DNA from: Camelus dromedarius
Lineage: Eukaryota
Reading direction: 5' to 3'
DNA: 64,000 nucleotides
Assembly: GCF_036321535.1 (NCBI RefSeq)
Contig: NC_087447.1
Location: 43,216,001 to 43,280,000 of the forward strand
Each line of letters starts with the position of its first letter. Positions within the stretch are counted from its first letter, which is position 1. Positions 52,561-64,000 of this stretch are shown in pieces. The position numbers and the translations under genes are program-made. The notes beneath the pieces were generated by a model. The model did no database searches. It saw only the letters and a program-made list of their open reading frames with translations, and had not been told where the DNA came from.

Positions 52561-55500
52561 AAACAGCCAGTTGGGTGAGGTATCCATTACTCTAATCCCA
52601 AGGCAACCTTTCTCCATCTCTGATTTCATCCTTGGCCCTGTGTCCTGTACTTCCTTCTCTGTGTTTGAATATCATAGCCAATCAGGCCACTACCATGGAT
52701 ATCATGTATCCTTCCTGGTGCTTACACACCTGTCACCTTGTAGAACATCACAGAGATTAGTATGAATGCAAGACAGCTTCACTCTTTCTCTTCCTGCCTG
52801 TCCTCCATCAGAATTGATCCACTGAGTCATCTTTGATCTGTTGTAATTACAGATGGCACCCCTTGGGGCAGAGGTCAGACTCTTCGCACTAGGAATAACA
52901 GATGGTTTACCTGTGAACGAACATCAGATTACACATGATGAGGACTTAAGATTACAAGAGTGAAGATTTCAGAGTCCAAGATGCCTTATTCTGTAGGCCT
53001 TGAGCAGGTTAGTGGTCCGCTGGGTTCAAGAAGAAAACACTTTGTTTGTGGGGCTGATGGGGCCAGAGCTGGGCGAGACTTTGCTGTCTGAGCTGAAGCC
53101 CCTTCTTCACGCAAGGGCCTTTTTTAGGAGCATCGAGGCCTCCTCAGATCTGCGCTTTTCTCCAGAGTAGCAGAAGACTCCCACTGACCCAAGAATGAGC
53201 CCAGAAGTTTGTTGGGACGGTTTTGCCTGGATCTCAAGCTTCCTTTATCCCTGTTCTGCTTGATGGAACTGCCAAACCCAGAAGCACTTTATACCTCTGG
53301 TCTTCAGCGGCCAGAGGACGCTTTACGTAGAGACTTTAGTCCTTGCCCTGCAGAGCCAGGGTTTGAGGCTGCTAAGGCTTCAGGAAAGCCTGCCCAAGGG
53401 TGGCAGTCCTGCCATGAGATGCTTAGAAGGCCAGGAGCTGGTGATGGGAGAGAACTCGTGCCCTTATGGGCAGTCCTTGCTTAGAAGCTGTTTCTGAACG
53501 TTGTGCCCTCTGGCAAATTTATTCTTCTAACAAATCAAATTCAAACAGAAACGAGGACTGAGCTTGTGGACCGAGTGTTAGCCCAACAGGGAAGTTGCAG
53601 GGACCCAACAGAGCAGTGCCCAGGAAGAGACCATTTGTTCTCTGTGTGGCTATCTGGGTCTTTTGAGCTGGGCAGAGTAGGAGGTGGGTTAAGACTGGGA
53701 GAATTTTGACCAAACCAAAAGCCTAATCTCTGAGCTGCCATCTGTCATGTGTCTCCTTGAGGTAAGATGTATTCAGTCTAGTAAGGGTAAGTGAATTGTT
53801 TACAGGAAAGACCTGAGAGTTGAAAGAGGACACCTTCCCGAGGACATTCCCAGTCATGAAATGTGGAAGGCTTGAAAATTAAGAAATCATATGAAGGTAG
53901 ACTTGGTGGTACACTGGGCTTTTAGAGTTCCCTTGTGCCTGGCATGAGTAAGAGGCCGGGAAAATAGCTGAAATCACACATTTAAGTGTAGTCACTGCTG
54001 TCACAAGGTACAGGATCATAGGAAGATGATGCGTCAGCCACTGCTAGGCATTTGTTAGTTAACAGCTACAGAAAAAAGTCATTTAAGACTGAGTCTACAG
54101 AAAGTATATTGCATCTGTCTCTGTGTGGAACCTTGGATTCACTTGTCAAGAATGCAGTTTAAAATGTACTAAAACCAGTCTAGATGTAATATAATGCTGA
54201 AGGTAAAAAATGATGTAGGTGCTCTTTACTGTTTCGGTAAATTATTTTCTGTGCTCTTTCTCTTCATTCACAGTGAGGAGAGTTCTGGGACCCTGGTTCA
54301 AGTTTCTTTTTTGCCTTAGGATATGATTCCCTTGTTAGAGATGTGTATTTGTTTCCTTCTAGCTGATTCATCCATTTATTCATTTAGCAGACACTGCTCA
54401 GAGCAGTGGGAACAAAAGGCTCAATTCCTACCTTTAAAGAAACTCGGTTTAACATGGGAGCCTTATCCAATTTATTTTTTTTAAATGATATGTGAACTAT
54501 AAAAGAGCTCAAGGTCATGAATTCTGCAGGCAGAGAAATGCCAGTCACGATTCCATCTCTGTCTGTCCTCACTATAGAATCTTGCCAGATCCCTAGCCCC
54601 ACGAGCCTCGGCTTTCTCGTCTCTAAAGCTGGGGAGTCAAAGTGCAGGTCTCACGGGGTGGTTATGAGTGCCTATAAAACAGCACTGGCCCTGTCTGCTC
54701 GCAGTAACCACTCAGTGGGCAGTAGCTGGCTGGCTTTTATTGGACAAGGTTTTGTGCTATAATTGAGATACGAACCCAAATCTATAGGAGCAAAGAGAAT
54801 TTTTGCTAACGTACTCGCAAGAAACTTCACAGAGAAGGTGGGTCTTGAGGGATGCCAGAACTTTTCCAGGTGGGCAAGGGAGAGAAAGGACATTCTTGGC
54901 AGTGGTGTTAGAGCAGCCGGTTGTGAAAGTAAATGGATGTTCAGGTATTTTAATGAGGCTGGTGCGTTAGGTGTCACATAACCAACTCTTTATTTGGAAT
55001 GTTAATGAGCGGAAGTGGCTTATGGAAATAGTTCCTGCCTGAAGTACTAGACCTCAGGATGGCTCCTGCTGCCCTTGTTCTTGGTTGGTTTATATAGCAG
55101 GACTGTGTCTATTTATATTTCAAACATTTTGATGTGCTTTTTGGTCATTTCAGATTAGGCAGCCCTTTGTTGGATTTTCCATTTATTCTTCAGGGATGAC
55201 AGCTATATTTGTATATACAACCCAGGAAGACCAAAATCATGGGACTGGTTTTTGTTGTGATGCCGGCTGTCTTTCTCCTGGTCTTCATTTCTCAGAACCG
55301 GTCTGGGCTGTGAATGTGACCAGCCCCCTGACACTAGGTCTACAGTGACCTTTGGGCACTGTGGCAGAGCACAGTCGTATCTCTGGAGGCAGACAGTTGG
55401 CCTCAGAAACAGCTGCATCGCTGGGGACCATGGTGGGTGGTTTGGCCATGAGATCCCCATTCCTGGTCGGCAGGAGCACATGGAGAGCATTTCCCTCCAG

Positions 55501-55618
55501 GACTAGTGCAGAGTGAACGCTAGGAGCTGGGCCCAGAGTGGGGCGCTGAGGAGCGGGGCCGTGCTTGGCCTCTACAAGAGATGGCCTCTGAGAGTGATGG
55601 TCACTGTCTGTACCTTCT

Positions 55619-55735
55619 ACGGGTGATCCGACAACTTATGGTCCAAACTGGGACACTGGGAAAAGGGAGCTTTAATAATAATCATGCCCCAATAATAGGT
55701 TAAAGCAGGACTCTCCGCAGGACTCTGTCATGGCT
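55619..55735. mobile_element. MER81-like hAT-Blackjack MITE in the RIC3 3' UTR
   Basis: gggtgatcc...tccaaactgggacact...aaagggagctttaataata resembles the recalled MER81 consensus. Confidence 0.55.
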
Positions 55736-57016
55736 GTATAAGAGATCTGTCGTTAGCCTGACCACTAAACCACCACCACCTCCTTTCTTTTTAGTAATGC
55801 CCTGCATGTGCTATTTTCCAGAGGCAGAGCCCAGGAGCGAGGCCATGGTTCAGGTAGGACATAAAAACTCCAAATCTGGGGTAGTAAATAAACCAGCCCT
55901 ACTTATTACCACACTCTTAAATTCCCTCAACCCAGACTATATGCTAAAGGAAAATCTAACACTTCAGCTACCCAGTGAGAATACCATGAAGTATCACTGA
56001 TTTTGCCTTGATGATTTTCACACAATTCTTTCTAAAATGTACTTCATCTTTGCTATTTTTCCTTTTCCATCTTCTTAGATTTAAGCACTGATTTCCTCAT
56101 GTATGAACTGGGAATAATATCCCCCTTGCAAGGCCGGTAGGATTCAGTGAGATGCTGTGTATCATGTTTGTCCAGGGCGTGCATGTGGTAGGTGCTCATG
56201 ACAGTGTCATCCACAGGATCACACTGTCATCAAGTCCTGTGCTGCCTGAAACCCTCCACGGCTACTCTGCTGGGAATGGCCCAGAGCAGAGTCCTGCAGT
56301 CTTGGGGCAGCTTAACTTTGACCACCTCCCTCAGGATCAAACCCGTAGCTTTCATGTCTGCTTCCAGCCACAACTGCAACCTCCCTTGCTCAGGCTTCAT
56401 ATTTGCCATAGGCTGAAAAGAAAATTGCCAAGCCTGCAGCGGGGTTGTCCTGTTGAAACAGGTTAGGCTGCTCTGCCTAGAGCTCGAGGAGTCAAGTGGC
56501 TGGGTCGTCATGTCGTTCCTACCACTTGGGCCCTCTTTTTGTTCCTATCGGCCAGGCCCACAGGGGTTTACTCAGGACCCAGCAGCCCGTCCTTCTCGCT
56601 GGCTCAGCTGGCCTGCAGAGGATGCTCTAACTGAAGTACCTTCTGTCCTTACCATTCTTCCAGCCCTTCCCGACCTCTGCGTGACTTGAAGAGCACGGCC
56701 AGAGGGAAGATGTGTAATTACTTCTAAACAAGCTATGATCCCTTGTTATCACCACCTTCCTGCCCACCCCTGAGGCTCTTAGGACAGAAGGAATGAATGG
56801 TGTAGCAAAAAACTTTTAGGTAAGAAATGTTATTTCTTTTATAGGGGAAAAAAATTGCACAGAAGTGTTGAAACATTTCAAGTTTAATTTGGTATAGGGT
56901 CTGTACTGAGACAAACACTAAGTTCTACAACATACATGATGTCAACATGGGAAAATACCAACTCTGTCATTGCACATACCAATAAATACATATATCTGCT
57001 CCAGAATACCAAAGAG

Positions 57017-57022
57017 TTTATT
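57017..57022 (-). terminator. Poly(A) signal for TUB
   Basis: AATAAA on the minus strand, followed on that strand by GU/U-rich atatatgtatttattggtatgtg. Confidence 0.7.
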
Positions 57023-57035
57023 CAAAAAGTCACTT

Positions 57036-57041
57036 AATAAA
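57036..57041 (+). terminator. Poly(A) signal for RIC3 (alternatives at 56981 and 57090)
   Basis: AATAAA followed by GU-rich gttttgcaagtttgtct. Confidence 0.6.
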
Positions 57042-58574
57042 AGCACAGTTTTGCAAGTTTGTCTAAAACTCCAGGTAATTTTGAACAAAAATAAAATGTC
57101 TGACCACTCCAAAATAGGAAAAGACAATCTTGTGCAAATAGACATACACATCCTAGGCATTATGAAAACTGGCTAAATGTATGCTCCCAACAAGAGAAGG
57201 TTCACCCATCCTAAGTCCCCTTTGTCACCAAATGGAGGATTAGAGGCCAGAGTTGGGCTTCCCTTTCTAAGCCACTCTGTCCCTCTCTAGGAAACTCAGA
57301 TCTCGGCCTAATCTCCAGCTCTGCCTGGACCTTAATGGTGAAGGTTGGGGAGGGACGGAAGAATAGAAGAGGAAAGGGGTGTGACATCTTTCTTAGGAAA
57401 GATAAAAGGCACAGTGATGAGCTAGAAAGTGATGAAAACAAGGACCAACTTCCACTCACCCTGAGTCCCACTGCAAGCTGTAACAGTCCTACCTCCCGAC
57501 TGTGGAGACGAGAAAACAGACCTAGAAAAATTACTTGTTGCTCAAATCACTTGGTCACTAAGTATAGTAGTGCTTTCTGTAAGACCAACTAACTTGCCTC
57601 CCAACTTGGGTGAAAAAAGCAAACCTGTCCCAGTACTCCTGCTGAACCTCTCCCCACATACCCTGAGATGACAGAAAACTGCCAACTGGAGATGTGGAAG
57701 GACAGGTGACCAGTACACTCAAACAAGAGCCCGTCCTTTGGCCTGTTCCTGGGGGCAGCTACAGTTCTACAAGCCGGGGCCCAGCACTGGGCTGAGTGCA
57801 GGGGAGTCAGGCCGTACTCTGTCCTGGACACCACAAGAAAGAAGACTCATTCAGTATATGAAAAAAAGTGTGCTCTTGGCATCCTGAGGTGACGGGGGTA
57901 TCTCAGCTGGGGTGAAGGCTTACAGAGAGGGGAGGCCAGTGTTACTGCAGTAAGGGGAAAGCAGGGACTCCTAGATGGAATTTGTGCTTGCAAAACAGAG
58001 CCACAGGCATGGCCAACCCAGCATCTCCCCTCACTGCAGGCCCCACTGTAAGGAAAGGATGGGCAGCTTAGTGTAAAATCATCAGTGTGGCTTATTAAAT
58101 TCACAACTGCCTCTAAATAGACAGTAAATCCATTTAGAGGTAAGTGCCTTGCTATTTCCAGAGCAAAGAAAAACGTCTGCTTCTACAGCTTTGTTGCCCT
58201 GTCACTAAAGGAGGTGGGCTCCAAAGGTTCTCTTCTAGCCTGTGGCGCTCACGCTCCCGGGCTCCTAACACCTGTCCTCAGCACAGGTCTGGACCCTACG
58301 TGCTCCTTCGGAATTGGTGTCATGATTTTTAAGGCACGTTCAACTACAAGATGTTCAAATTCATCCAAAAGCATGCATGCAACACACCAGTTTCCTCAGC
58401 TTATGCGGACCGGGAACTGAAAAACATTTTTGGATGGTGTCTCCCCAGTCAGAAACGTGGCAGAAAGACTTGGGAGACCAGGTACACTTTCGGATCAAAG
58501 AGCATGAAATGAATGAACAAAATCCACATGTGATCATGCCTGTATCCTTAGTCCTTTCCTACTCACCCGTAGAA

Positions 58575-58599
58575 ATGATCGTATGATCGTATGATCGTA
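58575..58599. repeat. (ATGATCGT)3 tandem repeat
   Basis: Three perfect 8-mers seen directly. Confidence 0.95.
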
Positions 58600-61222
58600 A
58601 TAGGAAACCTCGGTTGATTGTTTGCAGATTGCCCTTTGCCCCAAATACAGAGACACAGACAAACACAGAGCACCTTGGAGCCAGAAGGGGGAAAAAAAGC
58701 TGAAATTGGAGAAGAGTTGGGGAAGTGAACTTCACTGCTCTGTGGAACTGTTTTGGGGCATTGTTTTGAGGTGTGGCACTGGGAGCAGTTACAGAGAAGC
58801 TGCCTAAGGTCCTAGCTACCCACCACCCTTTGGGACTGTTCTTTCCATCACCAAGTTCCCTGCCCAACTGAGGACCGTCTGGGTAGAGGGTATGAAGGAC
58901 CAGAACTCTTACTATGGGAGAGGCTGAGCCCCAGGGGCCCTGGCAGCTTTATGAGTCTTTGGGCCCATGGCTGTGAAGCCAGTGGTCAAGGAAAGCCAGC
59001 ATCACCAGGCATGGGGTCTTAAGAATAGACCTTGTGAGGCTGGGTGACTCAACTGCTCTTACTTGTCACTGCCCAACAGAGGGTTCTGTTGCTGAGCTCC
59101 CCTTCTCTAGGCCCGGGCTGGAGATCTCAGCCCACCTTCCAGACCCCACCAAAATACTCCTTCAACCTCCGTCCTGAATACGAGAGGAGAAAGCAGAGGG
59201 CAAGTTTCCCATTGTGCTTCTGATGAATTTCCAACTCTGCCACCAGGACCCCACCTCTCATGAGGATCCAAATTAGCTTGTTCTACCTTAAAACTGTAGA
59301 CAGAGAAACAGCCTGACTAGACTTCAGAGATCACCTAGTTTCCATCATTCCAAATGTCAGCAGGTCTCTCCTCCCAAAGTCAGGAAAGGAAGAGCCAAAC
59401 TGGGACTACAGAAAAGGAGGAAGGACGGCCCTACAGTGTTTCACTGGGAAGTGGACCAGCTCCAGTACAAGTGCTGATGCCCTCAAGATGGCCCCAGGTC
59501 GAGTGTCTAGAAACTAGGCCATGTGAACAAAACCTGGATCGCTCACAGAGACGAATGCCCCCGGCACAGGCAGACCCCTGCTAGAACCGGTACGCCCTGC
59601 TCCAAGCGCGCCACACCGGAGACCCAGGATACCAGGAGGTGAGGGCGCACTATTCCACTGAAGTCAAAACAACTCCTTCACCTCACTCAGAGCCCCGCTA
59701 ACATGTTTAAAGTATGACTTTAAAAAACCAATTCCTATGTAGTTTTTCCAAGCACGTCTGTCTGCTCTGAAGTGAGGAACTACTGCCTGCTTCCCACTAG
59801 TTTCTGCTCTCCATCTGGGCAAGTAGCCCCGGTCGGGGTAAGTGACAAAAACACAGGAGTCCCCAAGCCTTCAGAGTAGATGGTGCCACCTGAGGAGGAG
59901 AGATCAGGCCCGACCGCGCACAGCCCACGTGTCACCCCGAGAGGAAGATGGGCAGCAGCCTTGCTAAGCCCTGCCCGCGGGGGGAAGCCAGACCCAGGCC
60001 TGGCCTGATCGGGGACTGCAAAACCAGACAGCTTTCAGCAGGGAACTGCCCGATTTCCTACTGAAATGGTTTCAACCTCATCAACTCTTGACATTTCTAA
60101 GTCTCTGGAAATGCACACAACGGCATGCAGACCGGACCCAGGAAAGCGAGAGAGCAGTTTCTTGGGGGAGGGTGGGAACAAGGAAATCAAGGGAGCTAAA
60201 GTTCTGAATTCTGCCACTACCCAGCCAGGGGACCCAGGGCAAGCGCCACCTTCTAGATACTAAGGATCCTGCCACCTCTGATGTCTTGTGATTCTAAGAT
60301 ATCCCCTGCTCCCCTCCCCCATCCCATTCCCAGCTAAGGAGACCACACACAAGCCCTCAGCAACCACGGCCCAGGCTGACTGCTGCGGGGACTGAAGCAC
60401 AGGCAGGAGCCCCAGGCACTCGTGCCTGTGCAGTCTGGGCTGGCGCCCCGAGGTCTGTGCAGGGGCTGCTCAGTACAGCATTCCTGGGGCAGCTGGCGGG
60501 GCTCCAGGTAGCCCTGTTCCCTGCCCTACCTGCGTGCTGAGCCTGGGCCCCGCGGGCCCCTCCTCTAAGACACCTGGCCTCCTGCCACCTCTGTGCATAC
60601 AGAGAAATCCTATCAAAGTCAAATCAACTTGAACCCTGCCCCCACCCCAGCCCATTCCCACAGCCACAACGGGGCCCCTGCGGTCCTGACGAGGTCCCAT
60701 CACTCACCTTTTCTCACCCTTGTAGCTCCTCCCAGGCCGGGCTGAGGCCTTTGCAAGTTGCAGGACTTTCTGCAGTTGTCAGAGCCAGGCTCGGCTACTG
60801 AGCCCTTGGCCGTGTAAAGCTGACATGCCCTGCACACTAACACACACGCTCACTGTGCCCTCACTGCTGGGGACCCGTCATCATCCGACATCTGGGCAGC
60901 AGCCCTACTTTGTGTTCCCTCCTCCCGCCTCCCTGGCTGAAGGGGCTGCCCAGCTTGGCAAATGTGACTGCAGCGGGATACTAGCCCAAGAGTTAGGGGG
61001 TACACTGACCTTGGGGCACAGAAAGAATTCACGCTGGTCCCTTCATACCCACCCATCCTCAGCAGCGGAGGCAGAGCCAGTTCTGGATGGCTGGGCCCAG
61101 GGGCCCACTGAGAACCAAAGGTTCGTCTGCCAGGAGGCCTAGGTACAGGGGTCGGCAGGGCGGTCTCCGCAGGCAGGCAGCTCCACTCCAGGCTGGGCAA
61201 CCCCAAGGGCAGGAGGCAGCCT

Positions 61223-61356
61223 CTACTCGCAGGCCAGCTTGCTGTCGAAGCTGGACAGGGCAATGGCAAAGGCCTGCAGCGCACACAACGGGTAGTTGTA
61301 ATCCATGGTGAACACGTCCTCTGCTACGCGGCCAAACTGCATCACGATGTAGTCCG
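61223..61356 (-). CDS. TUB: TUB terminal coding exon
   Basis: Acceptor ggttccAG; (P)[43 protein letters not shown], the signature tubby C-terminus; TAG at 61225-61223. Confidence 0.98.
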
Positions 61357-61826
61357 CTGGAACCAGGCACAGCGTGGACAGAGACAGGCGGGCAGAGCAG
61401 GGATGGTGCAGATGGGGAGGGACAGACACCCAGATCACAAAAGGGTAGAGAAAGCGAGAAGCAGAGATGCCGAGGGAATCCCAAAGGAGGTAAAACAGAC
61501 CAATTGAGAGAAGCAGCAGGAGAGACAGAACAGATGGCAAAGGGGAAAGACGCACGCAGACAGCAGGAGACAGGGAAGGAGAGAGAAAGTCCATTCACAG
61601 GGGGTCCCCACACCTGAGACTCTGCCTAGTGCACAGGATCTAGGGTCAGAGCTCCAGAGAAGGTTCCTCCAGGGCCTTTGTGGTTAGAAAGTTCTTTACA
61701 TCTAACCTAAGTCGTATAATCCACGTCCTTAACCGCGGACCTACATGGGCAGGGCGAGGCGAGCTGAACCCCACTAAGGGCCCCAAGTGGCGCGTGAACA
61801 TAACGAGTAAGGGCAGAAGCACTCAC

Positions 61827-61998
61827 GGTCATTGCCGTGGATGATCTGGAAGTTCTTCACGGAGGCCTGTGTGACGCGCCCGTGGAAGTTGAGTACGTAG
61901 GACTGTGTGTCGTCATTCCAGACGGGCGTCTTGTTTTGCAGCTCAATGATACTCTCCGTGTTCTTGTTCTGCCAGCGCGCTAGCAGCGTCTCGTGCTC
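61827..61998 (-). CDS. TUB: TUB penultimate coding exon
   Basis: Acceptor ctcccAG, donor C|GTGAGT; 172 nt; [57 protein letters not shown]. Confidence 0.97.
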
Positions 61999-62218
61999 CT
62001 GGGAGGGCGGCATCAGCTGAGCCAGGCTGAGCCAGCACCCTGACCACCCCAGAGAGGGCTCTGCCCCAGGGGTGGGGGCCCTTAGAGTGTCCTGGACCTC
62101 CAGGGCTTCCCACACTGCGTCTCCTCCACATATACACACTAGCTGGAGTTCTGCCCTTACAAGCTCATGCAGAGGCTGGGGTGATGGGGAAGGCGGGCGG
62201 GACTGGGGAGAGACTCAC

Positions 62219-62317
62219 GTTGCGGGGCCGGATAGAGACTCTCTCGTGAACCATGGTCATGCCGGGGACAATCACACTCATCTTCCGTGGCCCCTTGAAA
62301 CCTAAGACATTTGTTTC
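62219..62317 (-). CDS. TUB: TUB coding exon (3rd from last)
   Basis: Acceptor tttcctAG, donor AAC|GTGAGT; 99 nt; [33 protein letters not shown]. Confidence 0.96.
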
Positions 62318-62399
62318 CTAGGAAAGAGAGAAAACACTGGCCGTCTGAGGACTCTACTTACCTACTGGAGAGACCCAGGGGAGGGAATAAAAATGAGCT

Positions 62400-63250
62400 A
62401 GTTTTAACCACTGGAATGTCCACCAGACATCTCTAAACTTACCACATCCACAGCTTGGCGCCTGAGTCCCCACTCTGCCCAAACTGGCCTCCTCACCTCA
62501 GTTAAAGGCAACTCAATTCTTCTGTTTGCTCAAACTACTGGGACTCATACTTGATGCCCCTCTTCCTCTCCCACCCCACTTCTAACCCATCAGCAAATGC
62601 TGTCAGCTCTTCCTTCAGATTATAGTCAGAATTCAACCACTTTCCACCACCGCCACCTCTCGCCGACATCACAGCGCTAGCCTTTAACTGGACTCCTTGT
62701 TTCTTTCCATCCTTGGCCCCTTGCCCTCCTCATCATCATGTGTTCCTCACACAGCAGTGAGTGGTCCTGTTAAGTCAGACTGTTTTCCTCCCCAGTTCAT
62801 TCAAAGTCAAAGCTGAAGGTCTTACCTCGACCTGCAATGCCTCACATAATATGGCCCCATTAGCGCCTCTCTTCCCCACTTCCTCTCTGCATCCGCTCCG
62901 CCCTCCTTGCTCTTCTCCCTAATCACCAGGCATCCAGGGCTTTTGCCCTCGCTGTTTTCTCCCCGACACCTACATGGTGGGCTCTCACTTCCTCTGGCCT
63001 TTACCTAAGCGCTACCTCGGGGAGGCCCTCCCTGCCATCATTCCTAGAAGGGCACTCCTATCTCTTCCCTGCTTTATTTTTTCCTTCTTAACATTAATCG
63101 GGAATTATTTTGCTTATATGACGGTTTTATAGCTTATCTCCCCCACCAAGGGTTTAAGCCCCATAAAGGTATATATGTTTGTATCTCTTGTTCACTACTG
63201 TATTCTCAGTGCCTCCCTCAAACAGCACCTGGAACGTAGTGGAGGCTAAG
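62400..63250. mobile_element. LINE-2 fragment in TUB intron
   Basis: atgtccaccagacatctctaaactt, cccatcagcaaatgctgtcagctct, tctcttgttcactactgtattctcagtgcct. Confidence 0.7.
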
Positions 63251-63283
63251 TAACTGAAGAGATTCAGGCTGCCTCCCCAAAGC

Positions 63284-63302
63284 TGACCGGCAGGTGGCAC
63301 CA
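63284..63302 (+). promoter_or_regulatory. Candidate CTCF site
   Basis: TGACCGGCAGGTGGCACCA matches the CTCF core CC(A/G)(C/G)(C/T)AG(A/G)(T/G)GGC(A/G)(C/G) at every position. Confidence 0.55.
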
Positions 63303-63827
63303 CGAGATCATACAAAACAGCTATGGATTCCCAATTAGCCTCCAAAAAATGCCCATGACCAGGCTGACGGTACCAGTCCCTCATTTCAGAATGAGATGGA
63401 GTAATCCCCTATTCATATTCGTTTGGTCATTTACGAGCCATAAATGGCAAGTGATCCAACCTCTGATCTTCAGTTTCCTCATCTATATAATAAAATAGGA
63501 TAGAGCTCTTAGGTTGAATATTAAGTGAGATGATTATACTAAGTGCCTGATAGTCCATTCAGGACCTGAATACCAGGGGGAGGGTTTAAGGGTGGCTCCA
63601 ACAAGAACCCAGGCCTCTGCCTCCTCTCCAGGAGGCCTCCAGGCTGGGCTGCAGAGAGCCAGGCCTAGTTCCCAAAAGTCCGCAGGCAGGGGTCACTCCA
63701 CAGAGGGCAGCCCGCTGCGCAGCCTTGTCTGTCCACAAAGATAGGTGGGATAGGCCACAGAACAAGTAGCAAGTCCCGAGTGTCACGTCTAGCCTGGAGA
63801 CCAGAGACCCAGGCACCCACGACTCAC

Positions 63828-63945
63828 GTAGCATACGGCAGCCAGCTCCTGGCGCAAGGTTCCACTTTCCAGAGTTGAGGAGGATGCCTTCTGCGGGTTG
63901 ACTCCATTGTCATAAACGGTGAACTTAGTGCCCATGAGGTTGGAC
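63828..63945 (-). CDS. TUB: TUB coding exon (4th from last), tubby domain
   Basis: Minus strand: acceptor ctccAG, donor TAC|GTGAGT; 118 nt; (R)[39 protein letters not shown]. The gene continues beyond the window end. Confidence 0.96.
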
Positions 63946-64000
63946 CTGGAGGACAGGCACAATCAGTATAGGGTCGTGCACCCTCTGCCCTGGGGCAGGG

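Larger units (their letters stand above)
52561..57060 (+). other. RIC3: RIC3 long 3' UTR (predicted)
   Basis: Runs from the stop codon to a + strand AATAAA cluster (56981, 57036, 57090). The end point is inferred. Confidence 0.6.
57000..61222 (-). other. TUB: TUB long 3' UTR (predicted)
   Basis: Runs from the stop codon to a minus-strand AATAAA (plus-strand TTTATT 57017-57022). Largely repeat-poor; the end point is inferred. Confidence 0.65.

Noticed and set aside
52192..52629. 145-aa antisense ORF over RIC3 exon 6, and similar shadow ORFs over TUB exons
   Set aside because: Shadow frames of real coding exons or GC-rich UTR with no independent support.
61820..61830. Possible tubby-type splice defect at the last TUB donor
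   Set aside because: The donor is an intact GTGAGT and the frame is preserved.
1..64000. CRISPR arrays, operons, rRNA or other prokaryotic-type systems
   Set aside because: The sequence is clearly mammalian (spliced genes, LINE/SINE/LTR repeats); no repeat-spacer array or foreign-composition insert was seen.

Overview
Mammalian genomic DNA, probably from a camelid: there is a tRNA-derived SINE of the camelid vic-1 type at ~20.1 kb and cetartiodactyl-type L1 3' ends. The window holds the complete six-exon RIC3 gene on the + strand (nicotinic/5-HT3 receptor chaperone; CDS 22016-52560, 367 or 368 aa depending on a NAGNAG acceptor). It also holds the last four coding exons and long 3' UTR of TUB (tubby) on the - strand. 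The two genes are tail-to-tail, with interleaved opposite-strand poly(A) signals at ~57.0 kb. The first ~21.7 kb is intergenic (by recalled human synteny the LMO1-RIC3 interval) and contains old repeats plus several unique, motif-dense candidate enhancers. I see no evidence for a new gene or a wholly new biological system. The best leads are regulatory or structural: the overlapping RIC3/TUB 3' ends, an intron-2 read-through/poly(A) short RIC3 isoform, a (GGTTCC)5 ETS-core repeat before the RIC3 start, a 24-bp exact copy shared by two unrelated ancient repeats, a back-to-back inverted L1 pair, and PHOX2, POU, GATA, CTCF and RE1-like sites. Exon boundaries were read base by base. Repeat boundaries and family names are approximate and were recognised by eye.
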